From: a bacterium
GTDB taxonomy: Bacteria > Zhuqueibacterota > Zhuqueibacteria > Residuimicrobiales > Krinioviventaceae
Assembly: GCA_963693055.1 (NCBI GenBank)
Contig: OY843751.1
Span: 2,720,001 to 2,784,000 of the forward strand
Reading direction: 5' to 3'
Length of the DNA: 64,000 nucleotides
Part shown: positions 20,654 through 30,677 of the stretch, piece by piece
Layout: the number at the start of each line of letters is the position of its first letter
Numbering within the stretch: position 1 is the stretch's first letter
Position numbers and translations under genes: made by a program
Notes under the pieces: generated by a model
Told to the model about the DNA's origin: nothing
The model's database searches: none
The model's input: only the letters and a program-made list of their open reading frames with translations

Positions 20654-21948
20654 TGAAAAAGGCGATTTTCTTTCTATTGTTAATAATTCAACTGGCCCCT
20701 GTTGCATTTTCACAGGTGCAGCGGTTCCCCAAGCCTGATTTTGAATCCGGATATGAACAACCTGTTCCTACACAACCGGCACCCCGAGCGGCCGTTTGGG
20801 ATTATATTGATATTTTAGTCTTAATATCTGCCATGAGTTTGATTACCTGGTTTATTTTAAAAAAACGTTCAAGACGTTCTGTTTTTTGGGTTATGATTTT
20901 TTCGTTGCTCTATTTTGGCTTTTTTAAAAAAGGATGTGTCTGTTCGGTGGGATCTGTACAAAACATGGTCCTGGCATTATTTGATTCTGCGTATGCAATA
21001 CCTATAACGGTTGTAGCTTTTTTCTCTATTCCCTTAATATTTGCTTTATTCTTTGGCAGAACTTTTTGTGCCGGTGTTTGTCCCCTGGGTGCACTTCAGG
21101 ACATTGTCGGATTAAAGCCTTTAAAAACACCCGCATGGTTAAATCAGGTTCTGGGTATTGTTCCATACATTTATTTGGGTTTAGCTGTTCTGTTTGCTGC
21201 AACCGGTGCGGGATTTATTATTTGCAGATATGATCCTTTTGTAGGAATATTTCGATTTGGAATGAATTCAAACATGTTCATCTGGGGCATTATTGTACTG
21301 GGTACAGGCGTTTTTATTGCCAGACCGTATTGCAGGTTTCTTTGTCCTTACAGCGTATTATTACGCTGGATGTCTTTATTATCAAGGCACCATTTAACCA
21401 TAACTCCCACAGAATGTATCAACTGCCATCTTTGCTCTGAATCCTGCCCATATGATGCTATTGCTGGACCCTCATCCGAGAAATATCCAGGCAATGTTAC
21501 TACTGAAAAATGGAAACTGGGAGTTATGATAGTGGCAATTCCTATTGTAATGATTATCAGTGGATGGGCATTGTCTCAATTATCGGTGGCATTTTCCCGC
21601 TCACATTATGTTGTGAAAACAGCAGAGCAAATTCGCCTTGAAGATACAGGACAGGTAAATTATACTACAGATGCCAGTGAAGCATTTCGTGGTACCGGAG
21701 AACCAACCTCAGGTTTATACGCACGGGCTTCAAAGGTACAAACGCAATTTAAACTGGGAACTTGGCTGCTGGGGGCTTTTCTGGCATTGGTCATAATGAT
21801 TAAAATAATCAATTTTTATATATGGAAACACAGGGACGGATACACCCCCGACAAAGCATTTTGTGTTAGCTGTGCGCGTTGTGTGGATTATTGTCCTGTT
21901 GAACATGAGCGACTCGCAGAATTAAAAGGAGTAAATCTCATTGAGTAA
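20653..21948 (+). CDS. Polytopic membrane 4Fe-4S protein (NapH/MauN/YccM-like)
   Basis: Multiple TMs; FCAGVCP, YCRFLCP, CINCHLCSESCP, CVSCARCVDYCP; GTG start overlapping upstream TAG. Confidence 0.85.
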   Translation: MKKAIFFLLLIIQLAPVAFSQVQRFPKPDFESGYEQPVPTQPAPRAAVWDYIDILVLISAMSLITWFILKKRSRRSVFWVMIFSLLYFGFFKKGCVCSVGSVQNMVLALFDSAYAIPITVVAFFSIPLIFALFFGRTFCAGVCPLGALQDIVGLKPLKTPAWLNQVLGIVPYIYLGLAVLFAATGAGFIICRYDPFVGIFRFGMNSNMFIWGIIVLGTGVFIARPYCRFLCPYSVLLRWMSLLSRHHLTITPTECINCHLCSESCPYDAIAGPSSEKYPGNVTTEKWKLGVMIVAIPIVMIISGWALSQLSVAFSRSHYVVKTAEQIRLEDTGQVNYTTDASEAFRGTGEPTSGLYARASKVQTQFKLGTWLLGAFLALVIMIKIINFYIWKHRDGYTPDKAFCVSCARCVDYCPVEHERLAELKGVNLIE

Positions 21949-23623
21949 TCCGGAAACAAATAAAAAAATATATGCAATTCTGAATCGGACGATTTTAATC
22001 ACATCCATTTTTCTGATTCTGGTTTCTGTCTTTTTTGTAACCAATTACCTTCAATTGAAATCCAATGACCCTTTAAACAGCCCGGCTTTGGAACAATTAT
22101 ATAAAAATCTGGATTCTGATCCCAATAATGACATGTTGAGAGACCAGATACGCTCATTGGATCTGTTAGCCAGAAAAGCCTATTTTACAAAGCAGTGGCA
22201 AATCAATACCGGTGGTGCGTTATTATTTATTGCAATTATTATTCTGGTAATCGCTTTTAAAATCAAGAGTAATTTGCGACAAAAAGATCCCGGATTAATA
22301 AAGTTGGAAGAAAACTGGGACGATCGGTTAATGACGCGTAAATGGTTATCATTATCCGGTGTAATTTTACTCAGCGTAACTATACTGTTGGCAATTTTAA
22401 CCAATCGTGAAATGGAATCTGCATCCTTTGTTGTCAAAAAACAAAAGAATTTACCTATACCTTCTGAAAACGAGATCATGAAAAATTGGCCGGCTTTTCG
22501 CGGTCCGTTTAGTAATGCTATAGCGCATTATACCAATATTCCTTTGACGTGGGATGGAGAAACCGGCGAAAATATACTCTGGACAGTTGATGTACCTCGT
22601 ATTGGTTTTAATTCTCCAATCCTTTGGGATGATCGACTCTATATGTCTGGTGCTGATGAAGAAGGACAAGAAGTTTTCTGTTTCAATGCTGACAATGGTG
22701 AGTTGATATGGAGAAAGCCGGTGAGTAATGTACCGGGCACTCCCGAAGAATTGCCGGATGTAACAGAAGACACGGGCTTTGCCGCACCTACTATGACAAC
22801 CGATGGAAATTTTGTTTTTTCAATTTTTGCAACTGGTGACCTGGCTTGTTTTGATATGGATGGAAATCAGGTTTGGGTCAAGAATATGGGGCATCCGGAT
22901 AACCATTATGGACACTCTTCATCTTTGATTATGTATGAAAACTTGTTACTCGTTCAATTTGATCAGGCGGATGTTGCATTTGTTGCTGCACTTGACGGTG
23001 CAACAGGAGAAGAAAAATGGAAAACCTTGCGCGATATGGGACTTTCATGGTCATCTCCAATTTTAGCAAAAGTGGGTGATCAATGGCAATTCATCGTTAA
23101 TGCAACCCCTAATGTGGTTGGTTATGATCCTGAAACCGGTGAGGAATTGTGGAGAATGGACTGCCTCAGCGGTGAGGTTGCACCATCATCCGCTTATGCA
23201 GATGGGTTTGTCTATGCCGCTAACGATAATGCAATTCTTGCAGCAATCAAGCTGGGAGATATACCCGAACTTGCATGGGAATATGAAGACGATTTACCGG
23301 ATGTGTGCAGTCTGGTAGCTACCAAAGAGTATGTGTTTATGCCTTCAAGTTGGGGTACAATTACTTGTCTTGATGCTAAGACAGGTGAAAAATATTGGTT
23401 ACAGGAATTTGATGATGGATTTTACTCTTCGCCTGTCATTGCAGGTGAATATGTAATAGCTATGGATTTGGAGGGTGTCACTCAAATATTCAAGGCGGAT
23501 AAAGAGTTTGAACTGGTTGCTTCCAATTCATTGGGAATGGTAGCAAACAGCACACCTGTGATTGCTGACGGTCGTATATATTTTCGCAGTACGGAAAAGC
23601 TGATATGTATAGGTGAAAAATAG
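21941..23623 (+). CDS. Three-TM membrane protein with C-terminal PQQ-like beta-propeller
   Basis: Three hydrophobic segments, then WPAFRGP and propeller repeats. Confidence 0.8.
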   Translation: MSNPETNKKIYAILNRTILITSIFLILVSVFFVTNYLQLKSNDPLNSPALEQLYKNLDSDPNNDMLRDQIRSLDLLARKAYFTKQWQINTGGALLFIAIIILVIAFKIKSNLRQKDPGLIKLEENWDDRLMTRKWLSLSGVILLSVTILLAILTNREMESASFVVKKQKNLPIPSENEIMKNWPAFRGPFSNAIAHYTNIPLTWDGETGENILWTVDVPRIGFNSPILWDDRLYMSGADEEGQEVFCFNADNGELIWRKPVSNVPGTPEELPDVTEDTGFAAPTMTTDGNFVFSIFATGDLACFDMDGNQVWVKNMGHPDNHYGHSSSLIMYENLLLVQFDQADVAFVAALDGATGEEKWKTLRDMGLSWSSPILAKVGDQWQFIVNATPNVVGYDPETGEELWRMDCLSGEVAPSSAYADGFVYAANDNAILAAIKLGDIPELAWEYEDDLPDVCSLVATKEYVFMPSSWGTITCLDAKTGEKYWLQEFDDGFYSSPVIAGEYVIAMDLEGVTQIFKADKEFELVASNSLGMVANSTPVIADGRIYFRSTEKLICIGEK

Positions 23624-23625
23624 AA

Positions 23626-25971
23626 ATGACACAGAAATTGAATATTAATGATATAGATACTATTGTACATTCTATTGGTACGGGGCAGGAAAATGTAATA
23701 TCTATTTTACAGGCAATCCAGAACCAATACAAATATTTACCCCAGGATGCATTAAAACGCGTTTGTGAAATCAGTGATATAACACCGGCATCTATTACAG
23801 GTGTTTCTACTTTTTATTCTCAATTCAGACATACTCCCGTTGGTGAACACAGTATCCATGTTTGCGTAGGCACAGCCTGCCATGTTAAAGGTGCCGAGCT
23901 TGTTTATGATTCATTTAAACGACATCTGGATATTGCAGGCTCCAATGACACAGACTCTCATAAACAATTTACCGTACAAAAAGTAGCCTGCCTGGGATGC
24001 TGTACACTTGCCCCAGTTGTACAAATTGATGATATTACTTATGGTCATGTCCAACCTGACAATATACCGGGTATCATCCAGGATTTTAAGAAATATGCCG
24101 GTAAAAAAGTAAGACAAAAGATCCCCAAGAAATGGGAGCATGACCATTATGGAGAAATCCGTTTGGGATTGGGTTCTTGTTGTATTGCCGGAGGAAGCGG
24201 CCAAGTACAGGAAGAATTACTAAAAACCCTTACTGATCAGCGCATCCCCATTGATGTAAAGCGTGTAGGTTGCGTGGGCATGTGCCATCAAACGCCGTTG
24301 CTGGAAATTGATACACCGGGTCACGAGCCTATCATGTATACCAATGTTCAGGCAGAAGATGTTAATGAAATCATCACACGTCATTTTCGTCCCAAAGGCA
24401 TACATCTGGTAACACAAAAAGTCGATGACTGGCTGCACAGTCTGATTACAGACAAGCATAATGTAAATATACCTCATTATCCGGTTCATATGCGTGATGA
24501 ACCCATATCTACCTTTTTAGGGCCACAAGTACATATTGCTACTGAGCATTCCGGTACTATTGATCCGGTCAGTCTGGAAGAATATGTTGAAAAAGGTGGA
24601 TTTTCAGCCCTTGAAAAATGCATCAAATCTCAAACACCTGATGAGATTATTCAGTCAATCAAAACAAGCGGATTAAAAGGCAGGGGAGGCGCAGGTTTTC
24701 CAACCTGGAAAAAGTGGGACATTGTAAAAAATATTGAGCATAATGATAAAGTCGTAATATGTAATGGAGACGAGGGTGATCCTGGTGCCTTTATGGATCG
24801 GATGCTCCTGGAATCCTACCCATTTCGCATTATAGAAGGTTTATCTATTGCAGCTTTTGCTGTCGGCGCTAAAACGGGATATCTGTATATCCGTGCAGAG
24901 TATCCTCTTGCGGTAAAACGTATTAGAGATGCACTGCAAAAATGTTATGAGACCGGGTATCTGGGTAAAAATATTCTAAATTCAGGTTTTTCTTTGGATT
25001 TAAAAGTTAAAGAGGGTGCAGGTGCATTTGTTTGTGGTGAAGAAACCGCTCTTATCGCTTCCATTGAAGGAAAGCGGGGTATGCCTCGCATCCGTCCACC
25101 ATATCCTGCAGAAAAAGGATTATGGGAAAAACCTACCCTTGTTAATAATACGGAAACAATATCACTTGTTCCATGGATTTTCAGAAATTCACCTGAAACT
25201 TTTGCCAAGCTGGGCACGGAATCCAGTAAAGGGACCAAGGTATTTGCGCTTGCGGGCAAGATCGCCAGAGGTGGATTGATTGAAGTACCCATGGGCATCA
25301 GCATTCGACAAATTGTGGAGGATATTGGCGGCGGCATTGCAAATGGTAAAAAATTTAAAGCAGTACAGATCGGTGGTCCTTCAGGAGGATGTGTACCTGC
25401 GGAATTGGCCCATATCGGTATTGATTTTGAGGAGTTAGATCAGGTAGGCGCCATGATGGGCTCGGGTGGCTTGCTGGTAATGGATGAAAATGACTGTATG
25501 GTTGATATTGCCCGGTATTTCCTCAGCTTTACCCAGGACCAATCTTGCGGCAAGTGTACTTTTTGTCGGGTGGGTACCAAACGTATGCTTGAAATTTTGG
25601 ATAGAATTGTAGCTGGTAAAGGTAATTTAAAGGATTTGGATGATCTGGAATACCTGGCTCACCAAACCAAAGCCGGTAGTTTATGCGGATTGGGTAAAAC
25701 TGCACCGAATCCGGTTTTAACCACATTAAAATATTTCAGACATGAATATGAGGAACATCTTGAAGGTAAATGCAGAGCAAAAAAATGCTCGGCATTGATC
25801 CAATATTCTATTAACGATAACTGTATCGGTTGCACAAAATGTGCTCAAGAGTGCCCGGTAGATGCTATTCCTGTTAAACCCTATGAAAAGCATGTGATTG
25901 ATGCTGAATTATGTATAAAATGTGATACCTGTGTACAGGTTTGTCCGGTTAATGCGGTTGAGGTGAATTAA
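23626..25971 (+). CDS. NuoE+NuoF (HydC+HydB)-like fusion: FMN/NAD(H) flavo-Fe-S protein of electron-bifurcating type
   Basis: VSTFYSQF, CVGTAC/ACLGCC 2Fe-2S, second Trx-like 2Fe-2S domain, GRGGAGFP, DEGDPGAFMDR, GAGAFVCGEE, GGPSGG, SCGKCTFCR, 2x[4Fe-4S] tail. Confidence 0.9.
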   Translation: MTQKLNINDIDTIVHSIGTGQENVISILQAIQNQYKYLPQDALKRVCEISDITPASITGVSTFYSQFRHTPVGEHSIHVCVGTACHVKGAELVYDSFKRHLDIAGSNDTDSHKQFTVQKVACLGCCTLAPVVQIDDITYGHVQPDNIPGIIQDFKKYAGKKVRQKIPKKWEHDHYGEIRLGLGSCCIAGGSGQVQEELLKTLTDQRIPIDVKRVGCVGMCHQTPLLEIDTPGHEPIMYTNVQAEDVNEIITRHFRPKGIHLVTQKVDDWLHSLITDKHNVNIPHYPVHMRDEPISTFLGPQVHIATEHSGTIDPVSLEEYVEKGGFSALEKCIKSQTPDEIIQSIKTSGLKGRGGAGFPTWKKWDIVKNIEHNDKVVICNGDEGDPGAFMDRMLLESYPFRIIEGLSIAAFAVGAKTGYLYIRAEYPLAVKRIRDALQKCYETGYLGKNILNSGFSLDLKVKEGAGAFVCGEETALIASIEGKRGMPRIRPPYPAEKGLWEKPTLVNNTETISLVPWIFRNSPETFAKLGTESSKGTKVFALAGKIARGGLIEVPMGISIRQIVEDIGGGIANGKKFKAVQIGGPSGGCVPAELAHIGIDFEELDQVGAMMGSGGLLVMDENDCMVDIARYFLSFTQDQSCGKCTFCRVGTKRMLEILDRIVAGKGNLKDLDDLEYLAHQTKAGSLCGLGKTAPNPVLTTLKYFRHEYEEHLEGKCRAKKCSALIQYSINDNCIGCTKCAQECPVDAIPVKPYEKHVIDAELCIKCDTCVQVCPVNAVEVN

Positions 25972-27536
25972 TGTACGAGATAACCATAGACAACAAGATT
26001 ATATCAGTCCAACCCGGTACAACTATATTGCAGGCAGCAAAGAGTTTAAACATTGATATCCCAACTATGTGTTATATAAATGGATTAGATTCCTTTACAT
26101 CATGTATGGTTTGTGTTGTTGAAGATATGAAAAACGGTAGACTCTTGCCTTCATGCTCCATGCTTGTACAAAACGGGATGATAATTGAATCACATAATGC
26201 AAAGGTTGAACAAGCCAGAAGAGATGCATTAGAGCTTTTACTAAGCGAGCATATAGGTGATTGCCAGGCTCCATGCCAAAAAGGTTGTCCTGCATCAATG
26301 AACATACCTTTAATGATCCGTCAAATCGCCGCTGGGGAGCTTGATAAAGCCATTCGTACTGTCAAAGCTGATATAGCTTTACCTGCTGTACTGGGTAGAA
26401 TTTGTCCTGCGCCTTGCGAAAAAGTTTGTAACCGTGCAAAGATAGATAATCCTGTCTCTATATGTTTATTGAAGCGATACTCCGCAGACGTTGATATGCA
26501 AGGAGTTACAGCGTTTATGCCAGAATGTAAGCCCGATAACGGAAAATCCGTTGCAATTATTGGGTCCGGGCCTACCGGGTTGTCGGCTGCTTATTACTTG
26601 CGTCAACGGGGTTACGCTTGTACTATATATGATAAAAAGGAATTGCCCGGTGGAATGTTAAGGTATGGCGTTGATCGCGATATGCTGCCTATCAAAGTGC
26701 TGGACGATGAATTAGCAATATTTGAAAAGATGGGAATTAAATTCAAACTAGAAACAGAAATTGGACAAGATATACCCTTTAAAGAGTTACTTGAGAACAA
26801 CGATGCAATTGTCTTAGGCACTGGCGTGATAGAGCTTGATAAGGCAAAAAGGTTAGCTTTGGACCATACAGACAAAGGATTTAGTGTCAATATGAAAACC
26901 CACGAGTCCAGTACTGCAGGTGTCTTTATTGGTGGTAGTGCTGTACGGGAAAGTAAGATGGCGATACGATCTAGTGCTCATGGAAAACAGATCGCCGTTA
27001 ATATTGATAGATATCTAAATGGATTATCGTTTGAGACTGATTCAAGGTTTGAATCCCGGATTGGCAAGTTGGCAACGACAGACCTTGAGGCGCTGCTTTC
27101 TCAGGCAGATGACCACGAGCAGCTTAAAATTGAGAAAAGCAGAGGGTTTGAGTCAAGTGAAGCTTTACATGAAGCAAATCGTTGTATGCATTGTGATTGC
27201 CGTAAACCTGACACATGTAAATTGCGTATATATTCCCAGGAATACAAAGCTGATCAAAAGCATTATAAAGGTGAGAGCAGAAATGACTTGAAATTTTTTG
27301 ACCAGCATGCCGATGTTGTTTATGAACCCGGTAAGTGCATTAAATGTGGTATTTGTGTGCAAATTACAGAAAAATTTAGTGAAAAGTTGGGACTCACATT
27401 TATTGGCAGAGGATTTAATGTCCAGATCCAAGTCCCATTTGGTACAGAATTGAACCAGGCGCTGGAACAATCAGCAAAAGAATGTGTAGAATCTTGTCCC
27501 ACAGCTGCACTGTCATTTAAAAAAGATATTATATGA
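25971..27536 (+). CDS. HydA/NuoG N-terminal Fe-S domains with inserted GltD/NfnB-like FAD domain
   Basis: IPTMC..SCMVC..PSC 2Fe-2S; HIGDCQAPCQKGCP; GRICPAPCE; GSGPTG; GGMLRYG; CMHCDC; CIKCGIC...CP. Confidence 0.85.
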   Translation: MYEITIDNKIISVQPGTTILQAAKSLNIDIPTMCYINGLDSFTSCMVCVVEDMKNGRLLPSCSMLVQNGMIIESHNAKVEQARRDALELLLSEHIGDCQAPCQKGCPASMNIPLMIRQIAAGELDKAIRTVKADIALPAVLGRICPAPCEKVCNRAKIDNPVSICLLKRYSADVDMQGVTAFMPECKPDNGKSVAIIGSGPTGLSAAYYLRQRGYACTIYDKKELPGGMLRYGVDRDMLPIKVLDDELAIFEKMGIKFKLETEIGQDIPFKELLENNDAIVLGTGVIELDKAKRLALDHTDKGFSVNMKTHESSTAGVFIGGSAVRESKMAIRSSAHGKQIAVNIDRYLNGLSFETDSRFESRIGKLATTDLEALLSQADDHEQLKIEKSRGFESSEALHEANRCMHCDCRKPDTCKLRIYSQEYKADQKHYKGESRNDLKFFDQHADVVYEPGKCIKCGICVQITEKFSEKLGLTFIGRGFNVQIQVPFGTELNQALEQSAKECVESCPTAALSFKKDII

Positions 27537-28681
27537 AAAAAATATTATTACTGTTCAGCTTGATGTGGTTGCTGACCGGGTGCCAAAAAACCAATTCTGT
27601 AAAATCTGAGCAACCTGCAAATCCTTCAGAATGGACCGTTTTTCGAGGCAATTCACAATTAACAGGTGTTGCCGGCGGAAAAATTTTCGATAACCTGAAA
27701 ATGTTATGGTCATTCGAAACCGGAGACGATGTCCGCTCAACTCCTATAATATCGAATAACACTGTATTTGTAGGGTCTACCGATAAAAATATGTATGCAT
27801 TATCATTAGATGATGGGACAGTCATCTGGAAATTTACAATGGAGGATGATATAGAGGCACCTGCATTGTATTATGATGGAATTGTATATGCAGGGTCCCT
27901 TGATGGTACATTTTATGCGTTGTCCGCAGATAGCGGTAAAGTAATATGGTCTGTCGAAACAGGAGACCAGATCCTGGGAGCACCCAACATCTATTTTAAT
28001 GCGGCTAAAAAGGCCCGCATTCTTGTTGGCAGTTATGATTTTAAAATGTATTGTTACGATGCAAAAACCGGTAGTCCTGTCTGGTCTTATGAAACAGACA
28101 ATTTTATCAATGGAGCGCCGGCAACAGATGGAAAGCGTATTGTTTTTGGTGGATGTGATGAATTTCTCCATGTAGTGGATGTAAACTCGGGTAAAAAACT
28201 CGCTGCTATTCCTGCCGGTTCATATATAGCCGCTTCGGCAGCAATTCGTGATCATTTTGCCTATGTAGGACATTATGATTCAAAATTAATCTGTTTAGAT
28301 CTTGACCAGCAATCCGTTGTATGGGAGTATGAAGATGAAAAAAATGGGGCCCCGTTCTTTTCTTCCCCCGCAGTTACTGAAAAATATGTTATTGCAGGCT
28401 CAAGAGATGATTATGTGCATTGTATTGACCGAGAGACAGGTAAACCAGTTTGGAAATTCAAAACTCTTGATCAGGTTGATAGCTCACCGGTAGTTATAGA
28501 TAATAAAGTAATCGTTGGTTCAGAAGATGGGCGTTTGTATATGCTTGACTTGAATACAGGTCAACAACTCTGGTCTTTTGAAATCGGGAGCTCAATCATA
28601 GGTTCACCAGCAGTTGCTGATGGAAAAATTATTATAGGTGCCGATGATGGACGGATCTATGCCTTTGGAGAAAAAGTATGA
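27533..28681 (+). CDS. Lipoprotein with PQQ-like beta-propeller
   Basis: Lipobox LLTGC; regular SSP.V....V..GS.D...Y.L....G...W repeats. Confidence 0.85.
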   Translation: MKKILLLFSLMWLLTGCQKTNSVKSEQPANPSEWTVFRGNSQLTGVAGGKIFDNLKMLWSFETGDDVRSTPIISNNTVFVGSTDKNMYALSLDDGTVIWKFTMEDDIEAPALYYDGIVYAGSLDGTFYALSADSGKVIWSVETGDQILGAPNIYFNAAKKARILVGSYDFKMYCYDAKTGSPVWSYETDNFINGAPATDGKRIVFGGCDEFLHVVDVNSGKKLAAIPAGSYIAASAAIRDHFAYVGHYDSKLICLDLDQQSVVWEYEDEKNGAPFFSSPAVTEKYVIAGSRDDYVHCIDRETGKPVWKFKTLDQVDSSPVVIDNKVIVGSEDGRLYMLDLNTGQQLWSFEIGSSIIGSPAVADGKIIIGADDGRIYAFGEKV

Positions 28682-29964
28682 AAATTGTACATATTGTGCC
28701 CGGTTCAGGAAATACTTTTTATTGTCAGAATTGCATGCGTGACAATACTTTGGTTACCGCATTGCGTAACAGAGGCCATGATGTGACTGCCATTCCCATG
28801 TATCTGCCATTATTTGTGGATGATAATGAATTTGAGGATGAGACTCCGGTTTTTTATGGTGCTATTAATACTTATCTCAAGCAGGTAATGCCCATCTATC
28901 GAAAAGCACCTGTCTGGTTGGAAAAAGTGTTTGATTCCAGATTTTTGCTCAAACTTGCTGCAAAAAAATCAGGCTCAACCGATGCAGCTGGCCTGGAAGA
29001 CATGACTATTTCCATGATAATGGGAGAGGAAGGAAATCAATCTTCTGAACTGGACCATTTGATTTCATGGCTGCGAGATCATGCCAAACCGGATGTTGTG
29101 CATTTATCTAATGCTCTTTTATTGGGGCTTGCCCATAATATCAAAAATAAGCTGGGGATTCCTGTTGTTTGTTCATTACAGGATGAGCACCAGTGGGTGG
29201 ACCCAATGCGTCCGGAATATCAGGAAAAAGTATGGCAGCTCATGGCAGAAAAGGGCCAGGATGTAGTTGCATATACGCCGGTAAGCCATTATTATTCAGA
29301 GCGGATGAAAAAAATAATGGATATACCTGAAGAAAAAATGCATGTTATCCATGTAGGACTGGACTTGGAAAAATACAGTCCCACAGAATTTCCTATGGAT
29401 CCTCCGGTGATTGGTTATTTATCACGTATTCATAAAGATTCGGGTTTGGGAATTCTTGTAGATGCGTTTATAGAGTTGAAAAAAGATGAAAAATTTAATA
29501 AAGTTCAATTGCATATAACAGGCGGCAAAACAACAGACGATCAGCAGTTTTACAGCTCTATAAAATCAAAACTGGAGAATAATAATTGCTGGCAAGATGT
29601 TGTAATCTATGATTCTTTTGACAAAGATAGCCGTTTACAGTTTTTTAAGGCCATTTCAGTTTTATCAGTTCCGGTTCCGCAAGGAGAGGCATTTGGCGTA
29701 TATTTGATAGAAGCCTTTGCATCCGGTGTTCCTGTTGTTCAACCCAAGGTCGGAGCATTTCCTGAACTAATTGATATGGCAGGTGGGGGTATAATTTATG
29801 AGCCCAATGATCCTCACAAATTATCTGATGCATTAAAATCAATAATTAGCAATCCTGAACATGCTGTTCAACTGGGAAAACAAGGCAGTGAAAATGCCTG
29901 TAAATACTTTTGTATAGAAAAAATGGCCGATGATATGGTCAAATTGTATGAAACATTAATTTGA
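28678..29964 (+). CDS. Glycosyltransferase family 4 with N-terminal CxxC
   Basis: GT-B motifs EAFGVYLIEAFASGVPVVQP and IGYLSRI; N-terminal GSGNTFYCQNCMRD. Confidence 0.85.
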   Translation: MKIVHIVPGSGNTFYCQNCMRDNTLVTALRNRGHDVTAIPMYLPLFVDDNEFEDETPVFYGAINTYLKQVMPIYRKAPVWLEKVFDSRFLLKLAAKKSGSTDAAGLEDMTISMIMGEEGNQSSELDHLISWLRDHAKPDVVHLSNALLLGLAHNIKNKLGIPVVCSLQDEHQWVDPMRPEYQEKVWQLMAEKGQDVVAYTPVSHYYSERMKKIMDIPEEKMHVIHVGLDLEKYSPTEFPMDPPVIGYLSRIHKDSGLGILVDAFIELKKDEKFNKVQLHITGGKTTDDQQFYSSIKSKLENNNCWQDVVIYDSFDKDSRLQFFKAISVLSVPVPQGEAFGVYLIEAFASGVPVVQPKVGAFPELIDMAGGGIIYEPNDPHKLSDALKSIISNPEHAVQLGKQGSENACKYFCIEKMADDMVKLYETLI

Positions 29965-29978
29965 TATTGGAAAAACTC

Positions 29979-30677
29979 ATGTCTGTGCATCCAATACTTT
30001 TTGAATTAAGAAATGTCAGTAAAGCCTACGCTATTAATGCAGAATCAGATTATTCTGTATTAAAGAACATCATGTTAACTCTGCATGCCGGTCAAACAGT
30101 TGCCATTACCGGCCCATCCGGGTCAGGCAAGAGTACATTGTTAAACATTTTAGGCACACTCGACAAGCCAACAGAAGGTGATGTGTTTTTTCGTGATCAG
30201 GATATTACAGAATTTTCTTCAAATGACCTGGCACGTATCCGCAATCAGGATGTCGGTTTTATATTTCAATTACATCACTTATTGCCGCAATGCACAGTTC
30301 TTGAGAATGTTTTGATTCCTGTATTAGCTTTTGGAAACAGCGATGACATTGATAAAGCCACACATCGAGCAGAGGTTCTTTTAACACGGGTCGGTTTGGG
30401 ACAGCATATGAACAGCATGCCCGGAACGTTATCCGGGGGTGAGAGTCAACGTGTTGCAGTAGTTCGCGCATTGATCAATAATCCATCTATCTTATTGGCT
30501 GATGAACCTACCGGTTCACTCGATCAGGAAAATGCAAAAAGTTTAATAGAGTTGCTTATTGATCTAAACAATGAAGAAAACACAGCGCTTGTAGTTGTAA
30601 CACATTCCAATGAACTGGCAAAAATGATGAGTACAGTTTATCACCTGCAAAATGGACAATTAGAAAAACAACAATGA
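29979..30677 (+). CDS. ABC transporter ATP-binding protein (LolD/MacB type)
   Basis: GPSGSGKST, FIFQLHHLL, LSGGESQR, ADEPTGSLD, VVTH; start may be TTG 29961. Confidence 0.93.
   Translation: MSVHPILFELRNVSKAYAINAESDYSVLKNIMLTLHAGQTVAITGPSGSGKSTLLNILGTLDKPTEGDVFFRDQDITEFSSNDLARIRNQDVGFIFQLHHLLPQCTVLENVLIPVLAFGNSDDIDKATHRAEVLLTRVGLGQHMNSMPGTLSGGESQRVAVVRALINNPSILLADEPTGSLDQENAKSLIELLIDLNNEENTALVVVTHSNELAKMMSTVYHLQNGQLEKQQ

Noticed and set aside
20051-21948. napGH, mauMN or rnfB gene symbols
   Set aside because: Family resemblance only; cognate nap, mau and rnf genes are absent
23626-27536. Complex I nuoEFG or an [FeFe]-hydrogenase
   Set aside because: No membrane nuo genes, no H-cluster motifs (TSCCP, MPC..K..E, MACPGGC) and no Mo-bisPGD domain
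25971-27536. Glutamate synthase small subunit gltD
   Set aside because: No gltB nearby, NADPH-binding domain missing, extra Fe-S domains present
14945-28681. bamB or PQQ alcohol dehydrogenase gene calls
   Set aside because: Only the propeller repeat is shared; no bam/der context or pqq genes in the window, and propellers are shorter than quinoprotein dehydrogenases
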